DNA from: an uncultured Gammaproteobacteria bacterium
GTDB taxonomy: Bacteria; Pseudomonadota; Gammaproteobacteria; Ga0077536
Reading direction: 5' to 3'
Length of the DNA stretch: 64,000 nt
NCBI GenBank assembly: GCA_963976285.1
Contig: CAXBJY010000005.1
Location: 3,164 to 67,163, forward strand
A program made the translations under genes and the position numbers. The notes under the pieces were generated by a model. It was not told where the DNA came from. It made no database searches and was given only the letters and a program-made list of their open reading frames with translations. Below are positions 48,000 through 58,171 of the stretch, one piece after another (position 1 is the stretch's first letter; each line of letters opens with the position of its first letter).

Positions 48000-48479
48000 A
48001 TGAACGAACCTGCAGCACAAGTCATTGAAACGTTCGTGGAGCGCCTCGGCGTCGTCGCGCAAGGCGATGGCCTGCCGCGCATCGCGGGCCGGATCATGGC
48101 GTATCTCGTGATCCATGGGGGGCCGGTGCGCAGTGGCGAACTCGCCGAGGAGCTCCGTGTATCGCGCGCCAGCATTTCCACGAACAGTCGCCTGTTGGAG
48201 AGTCTCGGCGTGATCGAACGGGTCACCCGACCGGGCGAGCGTCAGGACTATTTCCAGTTACGCAGCGATCCCTATGTCGAAATGCTGCACGGCTACGCGA
48301 GCCGCCTGCAGAAAGCACAGGCAGCCGTCGCCGAGGCCCGCGAAAATCTCGATCCGGACGAATGGGGTGAGGCGCTGGCCCGCCTCGGTGAGCTCGGTAA
48401 ATTCTATGACGACATGAGCGACCTGCTCGAAACGATGATCGAACGCGGTCACGGTTCCGGCAATCAGACGAAACGATGA
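48000..48479 (+). CDS. MarR/GbsR-like winged-helix transcriptional regulator
   Basis: wHTH segment (GPVRSGELAEELRVSRASISTNSRLLESLGVIERV). Overlaps the adaptor start (ATGA). Confidence 0.6.
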   Translation: MNEPAAQVIETFVERLGVVAQGDGLPRIAGRIMAYLVIHGGPVRSGELAEELRVSRASISTNSRLLESLGVIERVTRPGERQDYFQLRSDPYVEMLHGYASRLQKAQAAVAEARENLDPDEWGEALARLGELGKFYDDMSDLLETMIERGHGSGNQTKR

Positions 48480-49627
48480 AGCGTTCCTATCTCATATCCC
48501 TGGGGATCGTCCTGGCGATTACGATCTGGATGCTCGCCGGCCGGCTGAGCCCGGACGCGCGCGACCCGGTCGCAACAACGGCACGAAGTACGGAAACAGC
48601 GGCTATGACGGTCGCCGTGGAAACAAAAACGGCCCGCGATATCGTGCGCTACATCGTCGCGCACGGGCATGTCGAACCACACCGCGTGGTCACGGTTCGC
48701 GCGGAAACCGCCGGCAGAATTAGCGCGCTCGGTGCCGAAGAAGGCGAGCGCGTGCGCGCCGGCAATGTGCTCGCGACGATTGCCGACGATGATCGAACGG
48801 CACAATTGAAGAAGGCCAAAGCGCGCGTAACCGAACGGCGGCAAGCGCACGAACGTGTGAAACGCCTTGCTAAAAAGGGCTACCAGGCGGAAAGCCAGTT
48901 CGACGAAACGCTGGCGGAACTCACGATCGCGGAAGCGGAGCTGGACGAAATCCGGATTGATATTGAAAAAACCGCAATCCGCGCACCGTTCGACGGCACA
49001 CTCGAACTGCGCGACGTCGAGTTTGGCGACTATGTCGAAGTGAGCGGTGAAATAGCGACAATCGTCGATAACAACCCGCTCATTGTCGCGGTACGGATCG
49101 CACAACACGACATCCGGCGGATCACCTTGTCCGACTCCGTCGATGTCGTTTTCGCCACCGGTGAAACCGCAACCGGCACCGTCAGCTACATCGCGCCGCG
49201 CGCGGAGCAGGCGACCCGCACGTTCCGCATCGAAATCGAAGTACCGAATCCGCAAGCCACAATCCGTTCAGGCATGAGCGCCGAGGCACGCATCCCGACC
49301 GGGACGGTATCCGCGCAGTTCGTTTCTTCCGCTCTGCTCAGTCTCGACGCCGGCGGTGCCATCGGTATCAAGACGGTCGACGACGATAACGTGGTGGTAT
49401 TTCATCCGATCGACATCGTCATGTCGGAGAAAAACGGTATCTGGGTCAGCGGCTTGCCCGAAGTCGCCCGTGTCATCGCGGTTGGTCACGGTTTCGTCTC
49501 GCAGGGGCAGCTGGTTCGGGTGAGCGCGGAAAATCGTGATTCCGGCGGTGAGTTCGCGGTTCCCGCGCGTGATGATGCCGCGAAAATCGTATCGCGCCTG
49601 AACGGCGACCCGGTTCATTCGTTGTAA
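48476..49627 (+). CDS. efflux RND transporter periplasmic adaptor subunit
   Basis: N-terminal anchor, coiled-coil hairpin and beta-barrel domains. Start overlaps the marR stop. Confidence 0.8.
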   Translation: MKRSYLISLGIVLAITIWMLAGRLSPDARDPVATTARSTETAAMTVAVETKTARDIVRYIVAHGHVEPHRVVTVRAETAGRISALGAEEGERVRAGNVLATIADDDRTAQLKKAKARVTERRQAHERVKRLAKKGYQAESQFDETLAELTIAEAELDEIRIDIEKTAIRAPFDGTLELRDVEFGDYVEVSGEIATIVDNNPLIVAVRIAQHDIRRITLSDSVDVVFATGETATGTVSYIAPRAEQATRTFRIEIEVPNPQATIRSGMSAEARIPTGTVSAQFVSSALLSLDAGGAIGIKTVDDDNVVVFHPIDIVMSEKNGIWVSGLPEVARVIAVGHGFVSQGQLVRVSAENRDSGGEFAVPARDDAAKIVSRLNGDPVHSL

Positions 49628-52600
49628 TGCACGGGATCATCGACGCTGCGTTTTCGCGCGCACGCATGGTCGTGCTCACGTTTTGCATCGTCATGCTCAT
49701 GGGGATGGCGGCCTATCTCGCCATACCGAAAGAGTCCGAGCCGGATGTTCCGATCCCGACCATCTATGTCTCGATGACGCACGAAGGGATCGCGCCCGCC
49801 GATGCGGAACGTCTACTCGTGCGCCCGATGGAAAAAGAGCTCCAGGCAATCGAAGGCGTCAAGGAAATGCGCTCTGTCGCCGGTGAGGGGCATGCGTCGG
49901 TTACGCTCGAATTCGATGCGGGTTTCGATGCCGACCAGGCATTGCTGGACGTACGCGAAAAAGTCGATCTCGCACGCCCCGAGTTGCCGCCGGATACGGA
50001 TGAACCGCGGGTCAACGAGATCAATGTCGCCTTGTTTCCGGTATTGACCGTCGTTCTCGCCGGCACCGCGCCCGAGCGGACGCTCGTCGATGTTGCGCGC
50101 GACCTGAAAGATTCGCTCGAAGCGTTGTCGGGAGTGCTTGAAGTCGATATCGGCGGCGACCGCGAAGAGGTGCTGGAAGTTATTGCGTCTCCGGAGGTGC
50201 TGGAAACCTACGATATTGCGTTCGGCGATCTGTTTAATCTGATCACGCGCAACAACCGGCTCGTAGCCGCCGGGGCGCTCGATACCGGCGCCGGGCGCAT
50301 GGTCCTGAAAGTGCCGGGCGTGATCGAGGAGCTCGACGACATCCTGCAGCTCCCGGTAAAGGTTGTCGACGATACCGTCGTGTTGTTCCGGGATGTTGCG
50401 ACGGTACGGCGAACGTTCAAGGACCCGCTCGGCTTCGCCCGGGTAGGGGGCCAGCCGGCAGTCGTGCTCGAGGTGAAGAAACGTATCGGCGCCAACATTA
50501 TCGAAACCATCGCCGAGGTGCGTGCGATCGTTGAGTCCGAACGGTTGCTGTGGCCCGCGGGGATTTCCGTGAGCTACCTGCAGGACGGCTCGCGACGCAT
50601 ACGCGACATGCTTGGCGACCTCGAGAACAATCTGCTGACCGGCATCATCATGGTCATGGTCGTTATCATCGCGGCGCTCGGCTTGCGTCCCGGCATCCTC
50701 GTTGGCCTGGCGATCCCGGGTTCGTTCCTGGCCGCGATACTCCTGTTGTACATGATGGGTTACACGCTGAACATCGTCGTCCTGTTCGCGCTGATCCTGA
50801 CGCTTGGCATGCTTGTCGATGGCGCAATCGTCACGATAGAACTCGCCGACCGCAAATTGATCGAAGGTGAATCGCGGGGCGAAGCTTACGCGAATGCCGC
50901 GAAACGCATGTTCTGGCCGGTAACGGCATCGATCGGGACGACCCTGGCGGTGTTTCTGCCGTTGATCGCGTGGCCCGGCATGATCGGCGGATTCATGAAG
51001 TATCTCCCGATCACGGTGTTGATCACGCTCACGGCATCGCTCGCCATGGCGCTCATATTCATTCCGGTCCTCGGTGGCCTGTTCGGCAGCGCGCAGGGCA
51101 GTTCCAGTGTCCCGGCCGCGGTGCACGCGGCGGAAAGCGGTGATCTCGATTCTATCGACGGCTTCAGTGGCGCGTATCTGCGGACACTCGGCGCACTGCT
51201 GCGGCACCCGGCGAAGATATTCATCGTCGCGCTCATATGCCTCGTCGGCACTTACGCCGCCTACACGCTGTTTGGCCGCGGGGTGGAATTCATGCCGGAA
51301 GTCGAACCGGAAGTCGCCCAGGTCCAGGTCCAGGCGCGGGGTGACCTGTCGATCCATGAACGTGACGCACTCGTGCGCACAGTCGAACAACGTCTGCTTG
51401 ACGTCGACGGCATCAAGACCGTCTACGCCCGCACGCTGGGCGACGGTAGCAGCGGTCTCATGATGGAGACGCCGGTCGATGCGATTGGCATCATCCAGCT
51501 TGAATTCGTACCGTGGCGCCAGCGTCGACCGGCCGCCGAGATCATCGCGGAGCTACGCGATCGCACCGCCGGCATTCCCGGCATCATGATCCAGGTTCGC
51601 AAGCAGGAACAGGGTATGTCGCAGGGCAAGCCCATCCAGTTGCAGATCACGTCGCGCGACTCGAGCAGGGTTGCACCGGCCGTTGGCCAAATCCGGGAGT
51701 TGCTCGAACAACTCGGCGGTTTTATCGACATTCAGGACAGCCGACCGCTGCCAGGTATCGAATGGCAGGTTATTGTCGATCGCGAACAAGCCGCGCGTTA
51801 CGGCGCCGACATCACGCTGCTCGGCGATACGGTCAAAATGATCACGACCGGCATGCAACTCGCGGAATTTCGCCCCGACGATGCCGACGAGGAGCTCGAT
51901 ATCCGTCTGCGGTTTCCCCCGGGAGAGCGAAATTTCGAACGCCTGGACCATTTACGCGTACCCACCGCGCAGGGCCAGATCCCGATCAGTAATTTCATCA
52001 CGTTCAAACCCGCGCAGAAGACCGGCAGCCTGCACCGCATCGACGGCCGTTCATCGCTGGAAGTTCTCGCCGACGTCGAGGAAGGCCTGCTGGCGGACGA
52101 TCAGGTGAAGAAAATCAAGGCTGCGTTGCCGACGGCCGGGCTCGATCCGGCCGTCACCGTCAGGTTCAAGGGCCAGGACGAGGACCAGCGCGAAGCCATG
52201 GTGTTTCTGATCACCGCTTTTATCACCGCGCTCTTTTTTATGCTCGTGATCCTCGTTACCCAGTTCAACAGTTTCTACGAGGCATTTCTCGTGTTGAGCG
52301 CGATCGTTTTCTCCACCGCCGGTGTGCTCCTCGGGATGCTGCTGACACACCAGCCGTTCGGCATTGTCATGGGCGGGCTCGGGGTCATCGCGCTGGCCGG
52401 GATCGTCGTCAATAACAACATCGTGCTGATCGATACGTTCAACGATCTGAAACGTCGCGGGATCGCACCGCGCGAAGCGATCCTGCGCACCGCGGCTCAG
52501 CGACTGCGGCCCATCCTGCTGACGTCGATCACGACGGTGCTCGGGCTCATGCCGATGGTGTTCTCGTTGACGATTGATCTGGTCGGGCAGGATATTTCGG

Positions 52601-52794
52601 TGGGCGCACCGTCGACGGACTGGTGGCGTCAATTGGCGAGTGCGATTGCCGGCGGCCTGACGTTCGCGACCGTGTTGACGCTCGTGCTGACCCCGTGTCT
52701 GCTGATGCTCGGGGAGAACGTTTCAGCGTGGCGGCGCCAGGCTCGCCGGGCCGGCAGTGAAACGCCCGTTTCAATCGCGACAGATGCCGGCTAG
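49627..52794 (+). CDS. efflux RND transporter permease (AcrB/HAE family)
   Basis: 1055 aa, 12 TM helices with two large periplasmic loops. TAATG overlap with the adaptor gene. Confidence 0.9.
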   Translation: MHGIIDAAFSRARMVVLTFCIVMLMGMAAYLAIPKESEPDVPIPTIYVSMTHEGIAPADAERLLVRPMEKELQAIEGVKEMRSVAGEGHASVTLEFDAGFDADQALLDVREKVDLARPELPPDTDEPRVNEINVALFPVLTVVLAGTAPERTLVDVARDLKDSLEALSGVLEVDIGGDREEVLEVIASPEVLETYDIAFGDLFNLITRNNRLVAAGALDTGAGRMVLKVPGVIEELDDILQLPVKVVDDTVVLFRDVATVRRTFKDPLGFARVGGQPAVVLEVKKRIGANIIETIAEVRAIVESERLLWPAGISVSYLQDGSRRIRDMLGDLENNLLTGIIMVMVVIIAALGLRPGILVGLAIPGSFLAAILLLYMMGYTLNIVVLFALILTLGMLVDGAIVTIELADRKLIEGESRGEAYANAAKRMFWPVTASIGTTLAVFLPLIAWPGMIGGFMKYLPITVLITLTASLAMALIFIPVLGGLFGSAQGSSSVPAAVHAAESGDLDSIDGFSGAYLRTLGALLRHPAKIFIVALICLVGTYAAYTLFGRGVEFMPEVEPEVAQVQVQARGDLSIHERDALVRTVEQRLLDVDGIKTVYARTLGDGSSGLMMETPVDAIGIIQLEFVPWRQRRPAAEIIAELRDRTAGIPGIMIQVRKQEQGMSQGKPIQLQITSRDSSRVAPAVGQIRELLEQLGGFIDIQDSRPLPGIEWQVIVDREQAARYGADITLLGDTVKMITTGMQLAEFRPDDADEELDIRLRFPPGERNFERLDHLRVPTAQGQIPISNFITFKPAQKTGSLHRIDGRSSLEVLADVEEGLLADDQVKKIKAALPTAGLDPAVTVRFKGQDEDQREAMVFLITAFITALFFMLVILVTQFNSFYEAFLVLSAIVFSTAGVLLGMLLTHQPFGIVMGGLGVIALAGIVVNNNIVLIDTFNDLKRRGIAPREAILRTAAQRLRPILLTSITTVLGLMPMVFSLTIDLVGQDISVGAPSTDWWRQLASAIAGGLTFATVLTLVLTPCLLMLGENVSAWRRQARRAGSETPVSIATDAG

Positions 52795-52803
52795 CTCGAT
52801 GTC

Positions 52804-52868
52804 GGGGACGTGACGTCAATGCAGGGTGTCCCCGCTCCCGGGATGTGACGTCAATGCGGGATGCCCGC
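52804..52868 (+). terminator. two tandem GC-rich hairpins downstream of the RND permease, each carrying GTGACGTCAATGC
   Basis: ggggac..gtcccc and gcggg..cccgc stems. The 13-mer gtgacgtcaatgc occurs at 52810 and 52845. There is no clear U-tract. Confidence 0.3.
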
Positions 52869-52998
52869 ATTTCCGCCGGCGGTTCGCGCAACCGACGCTA
52901 CTGCCGTTATGTGCCCCGGTGCGATCGTCGGCGTGACTGCCCGCGCAGGTATGGGCTAAGCTCGGGTTAAACCATACGCACGGTGGCTGTACGAGGAC

Positions 52999-53439
52999 AT
53001 GCGAAAAAAGCTTCCCGGACTGCTGGCCGTGCTTCTCAATCTCACGGTGTGGAATTTCGTCCTGTCCGGAAGTTGGGGTGGTTTTTTTTCTTCGGCGTAT
53101 TTTGTCCTGTTACACGGCATTATTTCGGGCACCACGTTATTGTTCTTGTGGTTGTTGGCGATTCAGTTTCGTCGTTCGGGGAAACCGGTAGCGCTACTGT
53201 TGCTGAGTATCCTGCTTGCTTTCCTGCCGCCTGCTTTAACGCTGTGGCTGGCTTATGCCATTCCGCAACTGATGCAATTGAAATTTGCAGGCCTCGATAC
53301 GCTGCTTCTCGTTGCCGTGTGGGTAATCGCCTTGGATTGGTACATTTGGGTCCTGCTCGGGGTCGCTAATTATTTTTTATTCCGGCTGCATTCAAACGAG
53401 GCGAAATTATCGGCCGCACCCACGAACAGGCAACTGTGA
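52999..53439 (+). CDS. small 4-TM membrane protein, hypothetical
   Basis: Hydrophobic helices, lower-GC, GAGGAC RBS. An overlapping 52983 ORF in another frame was rejected. Confidence 0.45.
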   Translation: MRKKLPGLLAVLLNLTVWNFVLSGSWGGFFSSAYFVLLHGIISGTTLLFLWLLAIQFRRSGKPVALLLLSILLAFLPPALTLWLAYAIPQLMQLKFAGLDTLLLVAVWVIALDWYIWVLLGVANYFLFRLHSNEAKLSAAPTNRQL

Positions 53440-53758
53440 TCGCCGGTGAACATTTCATCCCTCCGATTCGTTTCCGGCCCATCGGTTTGCGTTCATGGCG
53501 GCGGGAAAACCCGTGTTCGCTCCTCATGCGGGCAACCGGCGCCGCCGGCGCGAGTTCGCCGTAAGTTCTCGCGGTGTCGAGTGCCCTCATGCGACCGGGG
53601 TTTTACCCTGACCCGCCGCGCATTTTTGCTTCCGCAACAGCGGCCGTCGCCTCGAACGCCGCTGAACACAGGCGTTAGCCAAATGCGTTTCGCACCGCCA
53701 CGGTGTCAACGCCGGTGCATGTTCCGGATCGAGTCTGCGAGTCCAGTCGGGTCCGACG

Positions 53759-54655
53759 CTATCTTCCAGCGGCAGCTGATGGGCCCGGGTCGTTCGCCCA
53801 GCGTCGTGGTGGCATTCCGTAGTGCCGATTGAATTCACGGCTGAACTGGGAAGGACTCTCGTAGCCAACCTCGTACGCGGTTTCCGCGATGTTCTTGCCC
53901 CCCGCGATCAACGCGGCGGCGTTGTTCAGGCGGGTCGCTTTTATGAACTGGAGGGGCGAGAGCGCCGTTGCCGCCTTGAACCGCCGGTGGAATACGGCCT
54001 TGCTCATGCCGGCGACGCGTGCGAGTTCATCGATGCTGATGGGCTCGTGGATGTGCTCGTGCAAGTATGCAAGCGCGCGACCCAAATCGCGGGATGCACC
54101 GAACGTTCGACGAATGACCCCGCCCGCTTCGCTGCGGAGCAGCGCGAAGTAGAGTTCGCGGAGCCGCGAGGTGGTGAGTACCTGGCGGGCGCACGAATCA
54201 TCCAGAAGCAGAAGCAGGCGCAACACCGCATCGATTAACGGTTCATCCCAGGGAGCGACGACGAGCCCGGGGCTGGGCTCCGCGCTGTTCACGTCGGGTT
54301 CGAGCCGTGAGGTCGCCTCGGCGGCAACAAGCGTCTCGGTCATCGTGGGCGTCTCGAGACTGAGGAGCAGTCCCAGCACCGGATTGTCCGGGCTCGCCTC
54401 CGGGACTTCGGCTTCGACTGGCAACGGCATCGTGCAGCAGAGAAACGAGCCATCGCCATAGGTCCTGGCCTCACCGCCGAGGTACACACGCTTTTGTCCG
54501 TCCAGCAAGAAGCACAAACTCGCCGGGTAGATCGTTGGAACGGTGGGCACCGGCGCCGTCACCCGGATCAGCTGGAGCCCCTCGATCGGGCAATCTGCCG
54601 TCCCGTGGGCCGGTGCGTGGCGGAGGATCAGGTCTCGAATCCGGCGTTTCGACAT
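53759..54655 (-). CDS. AraC family transcriptional regulator
   Basis: C-terminal double HTH (ISIDELARVAGMSKAVFHRRFK ... GYESPSQFSREFNRHYGMPP). Confidence 0.8.
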   Translation of the reverse strand: MSKRRIRDLILRHAPAHGTADCPIEGLQLIRVTAPVPTVPTIYPASLCFLLDGQKRVYLGGEARTYGDGSFLCCTMPLPVEAEVPEASPDNPVLGLLLSLETPTMTETLVAAEATSRLEPDVNSAEPSPGLVVAPWDEPLIDAVLRLLLLLDDSCARQVLTTSRLRELYFALLRSEAGGVIRRTFGASRDLGRALAYLHEHIHEPISIDELARVAGMSKAVFHRRFKAATALSPLQFIKATRLNNAAALIAGGKNIAETAYEVGYESPSQFSREFNRHYGMPPRRWANDPGPSAAAGR

Positions 54656-54685
54656 GCCGGCAGTGTACGATGCGAGAATTCAGTT

Positions 54686-54701
54686 TGTCTATTGATAGAC
54701 A
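54686..54701. promoter_or_regulatory. 7-2-7 inverted repeat TGTCTATtgATAGACA in the araC/SDR divergent intergenic region
   Basis: Palindrome sits in an AT-rich spacer 90 nt upstream of the SDR start. Confidence 0.3.
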
Positions 54702-54791
54702 GGAATAGGCAAGAAAACGATTCGTTTTCATCTACATCATGTGTCCTATAGATCTTATTGTTCTCTCCGAAAATTAACCAGGAGACGCACA

Positions 54792-55736
54792 ATGACAGCC
54801 AGCAGATTTGGCCCCAAGGGGTGGACACCGGAGCATCTCGGCTCTCTCGCAGGCAACACTTATGTGGTCACCGGCGCCAACGCCGGTGCCGGGTTCGAGG
54901 CAACGCGGGTGTTCCTGTCCCGGGGAGCGCGCGTGGTGATGCTGAACCGCGACGCCAACAAGTCAAACGCCGCCATCGCGGCCCTGAAGCAGGCGTTTGG
55001 CGGTGACGCTGACGTCACTTTCGTGCACATGGATCTGGCGTCGTTGGACTCCGTGCGGGAAGCGGCGGTGGAGGTTTTGGCACAGGTCCCGCGCATCGAC
55101 GCACTCATCTGCAACGCCGCCATCGCACAAGTGGCCGAACGGGAGATCACCGTGGACGGCTTCGAGAGTCAACTCGGTGTGAACCACTTCGGTCACTTCC
55201 TCCTGTCCGGATTGCTCTTCGCGCGGATCGATGCGTCAGCGGGGCGTGTCGTGGTCGTCGGCAGCAACGCGTACAAGATGGGGCTGAAGCGCATCAGGTT
55301 CGAAGACCTCAACTTCGACGAGCAGTACACGGCGTGGAACGCTTACGCCCAGAGCAAGCTCGCGCAGATGGTGTTCGCTTATGAGCTGCAGCGGCGAGTC
55401 CGGGCCGCCGGCAAGAACGTGCAAATTCAGATCTGCCATCCGGGCGCGTCGAAAACGAACTTGCTGAAGGAGACGGCCAGCCGCTGCAACAGGATTGTCT
55501 GGGCTATCTCCTCGCGTGTTATCGCGCAATCCGCCGAGAAGGGCTCCTGGCCGGAGGTCATGTGCGCCACGGAAGAGGGTCTGAAGCCGGAGACGCTGTA
55601 CGGGCCCACGAAGCGCCTGGAGATGGTCGGCGCCATCGGTGAGTGTCCGCTGGAAGACCACGCGCTGGACCGGGACATGGCGACGAAGCTCTGGACCGTG
55701 TCCGGGCAGATGACGGGACTGATTTGGTCGCCATAG
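54792..55736 (+). CDS. SDR family oxidoreductase (retinol-dehydrogenase-like)
   Basis: VTGANAGAGFE Rossmann motif and YAQSK catalytic Y/K. AGGAGA RBS before the ATG at 54792. Confidence 0.75.
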   Translation: MTASRFGPKGWTPEHLGSLAGNTYVVTGANAGAGFEATRVFLSRGARVVMLNRDANKSNAAIAALKQAFGGDADVTFVHMDLASLDSVREAAVEVLAQVPRIDALICNAAIAQVAEREITVDGFESQLGVNHFGHFLLSGLLFARIDASAGRVVVVGSNAYKMGLKRIRFEDLNFDEQYTAWNAYAQSKLAQMVFAYELQRRVRAAGKNVQIQICHPGASKTNLLKETASRCNRIVWAISSRVIAQSAEKGSWPEVMCATEEGLKPETLYGPTKRLEMVGAIGECPLEDHALDRDMATKLWTVSGQMTGLIWSP

Positions 55737-56093
55737 AAGACGAAAGGGAAGTCACCGCAGACGACCGGGATCTGCGAGCGCTTGCACAAGACCATTTTGC
55801 CGAAGTTCTGCGAAGTGACGGTCCGCAAAAAGATCCGCCCCGGTGTCGAATCACTTCAACGCGACCTCGACGACGGGCTCGTCTACGATGATTCCGAACG
55901 AACGTATCAGGGCAAATTGTGCCGCGGGCGGACGCCGCGCGAAACGCCGGACGACGGCAAACGGATCCGGAAGGAGAAGAAAATAACCTGGACTGTCGAC
56001 TGACGGAAAGCGCCGCAAAATTGATTGCTGTCAGGTCGAATCTGAACGTCTCTACAGGTATGGTAGTACAACCACGTTCCAGAGGTCGCCGCG

Positions 56094-56246
56094 ATGCTGT
56101 GTTGTGTTATTGGGGGCGCACTCGCTGCGCTGTTGATTGCGAAGCTGAGTCGCTTGCCGTTCATCGGCCCGTTGTTTCGTCGCCTCACCCCGAAACCGGA
56201 CGACCCGTCGAACTGGCGACTGGGCGTCGGCGGTGACCACCCATGA
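56094..56246 (+). CDS. possible 50-aa single-TM micro-protein translationally coupled to the downstream gene
   Basis: ATG at 56094 preceded by AGAGG. Encodes MLCCVIGGALAALLIAKLSRLPFIGPLFRRLTPKPDDPSNWRLGVGGDHP. Its TGA stop overlaps the ATG of the 56243 gene (ATGA). Below the 60-aa cutoff of the ORF track. Confidence 0.3.
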   Translation: MLCCVIGGALAALLIAKLSRLPFIGPLFRRLTPKPDDPSNWRLGVGGDHP

Positions 56247-58171
56247 GCGCCGTCGCACCGTCCCGGGCGCCGGATTTCGCGCCGCCACAGCACGCATTCG
56301 GGCCGCTCACCCGGTCGCGCCTGCGCCGGCTCGGCCTCATCTATGTCGTCGTGTTCGCGCTCGGAATCTCACTCGCGCTCGTCGCCGCGACCCCGGGCAC
56401 CCAGGCGTTCGGACTCGGACTCGCGTTCCCCGGTGGCGGTTTCATCCATTACCTCGCCGGCGGCGCCGGCAGCGTCGCATTGCATCTCGCCTGCGCCGTG
56501 CTCACGCTCATCCTGTTCGTGTTCGGTCTCGCACTGTGGTTCGGCACCGGTAATCAGGCCGCACCGTTCATCGTCTGGATTGGCGGCGCACTCGCCGCCG
56601 CGGCGATGGGGCATGCACACACGTTTGCCGGTTCCTGGCTCGTTGTCAGCGGTCTCGCCGCGGCGACCGCCGCCGGCGCGCGGTTCGGCCATCGCCGCTT
56701 GCTCGCGGGGAAGCTCGCGCGGCGTGAACAACGACGTGCCTCGATCGGTACGTGGGTAGCGCCCGCGACCGCGCTCGACACCGCCGGTCGACCGGTCGTT
56801 GAGGAACTCGCGCCCGACGACCTCGCGGCGCTGCGTTACGCGCTCGATCGGGCGCTGCAACCGGTCGATGAATTCAACGGCTTCGATTTTATCGATCAGT
56901 TTCAGCCGAGTGCCGTGCGTTACCAGATCAACAATCTCGGCTATGTCCTGAGCCTCGCGAACGCTATTCGCCTGCCGGCGATGCGCGGCTATCTCGTCGA
57001 CGCACAGCGCCGCCTCATTGAGAAAAAGAAGCAGCACCGCGTGTGGAAATACTGGGCGCTGGAAAGCCTGTGGGGTAATTTCCGCCACGAACCGAACCCG
57101 ATGGCGCGCGACAACGTGATGTACTCGGGCTGGTATGCGGCACAAATCGGCTTGTTCGAAGCCGCCACCGGCGACTTTTCCTGCGCCGAGCCGGGCGCGC
57201 TCACGTTGCGTGCCGCGAACGGCACGGAATACGTGAACGACTTCCACACGCTCGCCGCGACGCTGGCGGAGAACGAACGCATGAGCGAGTTCTGTCTGTT
57301 CCCGTGTGAGCCGAACTGGATCTATCCGCTGTGCAATAACCAGGCGGCGCTCGGCCTGCGCCTGCACGATCGTCTGCACGGCACGCATTACTGGAACGAT
57401 GTCGCGGCGCAGTATCGGCGCCGCCTCGAACAGGAGTTCATCGATGTCGACGGCCACCTCGTGCCGCTGCGCTCAACGCGTACGGGGTTGACGATCCCGG
57501 GTCTGCAATCCTCGAGCGAAGACGCGATCGCGGCGTTCTGGATGCACCCGCTGTTTCCCGACATCGCCACGAGGTGGTGGGAGATCGCGCGCAGCGAACT
57601 GTTCCGCGCCACCGGTGACGGACTTGAATTGTTGCCACTGAAGCCATGGCTCGACGCGGGCAACTATCGTTTCAACACGGCCTACGCGCTCGGCGCCCTC
57701 GGCATGGCGGCGCGCGAACTCGGTGACGAAGACGCTGTGCGGGCAATCTGTGGCACGATCGATGAACTCGCCACGGCGCGTCATGGCGGCGTACTCAGTT
57801 ATCCCGGTTGCTCGACGTGGTCACACACGTTCATGCTGAATATGCGGATCGGCCGCGCGAACGGGCTCAGCGATCTCGTCAATGAGGAGCGGCCGGCCCC
57901 GTGGCGGGACGGGCCGACGATCGAGGAGGCCGCGTATCCCGAGGTCCTGCCGGCGCGGGCCGTCAGCGACGGCGCGGCGCTCGCGGCGGTGCTGTACCCG
58001 GGCACGGCGGGCGGTCGTCGCGAAATCGTGCTCGGCGGATTGCGTCCCGGGGCCGGGTATCGCTGCGAAGGTTGTGTCGAGGAGCACGCGACGGCGGACG
58101 CCGAAGGGCGCCTGCGCGTCGCGATCGAACTCGACGGCCGCCGCGAGCTCAGGGTCAGTCCGCGTGACTGA
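56243..58171 (+). CDS. Ldi-family protein fused to an N-terminal polytopic membrane domain
   Basis: First 170 aa form about 4-5 TM helices. The rest is paralogous to the 43522-45102 protein. Confidence 0.5.
   Translation: MSAVAPSRAPDFAPPQHAFGPLTRSRLRRLGLIYVVVFALGISLALVAATPGTQAFGLGLAFPGGGFIHYLAGGAGSVALHLACAVLTLILFVFGLALWFGTGNQAAPFIVWIGGALAAAAMGHAHTFAGSWLVVSGLAAATAAGARFGHRRLLAGKLARREQRRASIGTWVAPATALDTAGRPVVEELAPDDLAALRYALDRALQPVDEFNGFDFIDQFQPSAVRYQINNLGYVLSLANAIRLPAMRGYLVDAQRRLIEKKKQHRVWKYWALESLWGNFRHEPNPMARDNVMYSGWYAAQIGLFEAATGDFSCAEPGALTLRAANGTEYVNDFHTLAATLAENERMSEFCLFPCEPNWIYPLCNNQAALGLRLHDRLHGTHYWNDVAAQYRRRLEQEFIDVDGHLVPLRSTRTGLTIPGLQSSSEDAIAAFWMHPLFPDIATRWWEIARSELFRATGDGLELLPLKPWLDAGNYRFNTAYALGALGMAARELGDEDAVRAICGTIDELATARHGGVLSYPGCSTWSHTFMLNMRIGRANGLSDLVNEERPAPWRDGPTIEEAAYPEVLPARAVSDGAALAAVLYPGTAGGRREIVLGGLRPGAGYRCEGCVEEHATADAEGRLRVAIELDGRRELRVSPRD

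Noticed and set aside
49813-51390. 525-aa ORF antisense to the RND permease
   Set aside because: His/Arg/Asp-rich junk. The RND permease on the sense strand is unambiguous.
52983-53369. 128-aa ORF overlapping the 4-TM membrane protein in another frame
   Set aside because: Non-protein-like translation. The overlapping frame gives clean hydrophobic helices and has an RBS.
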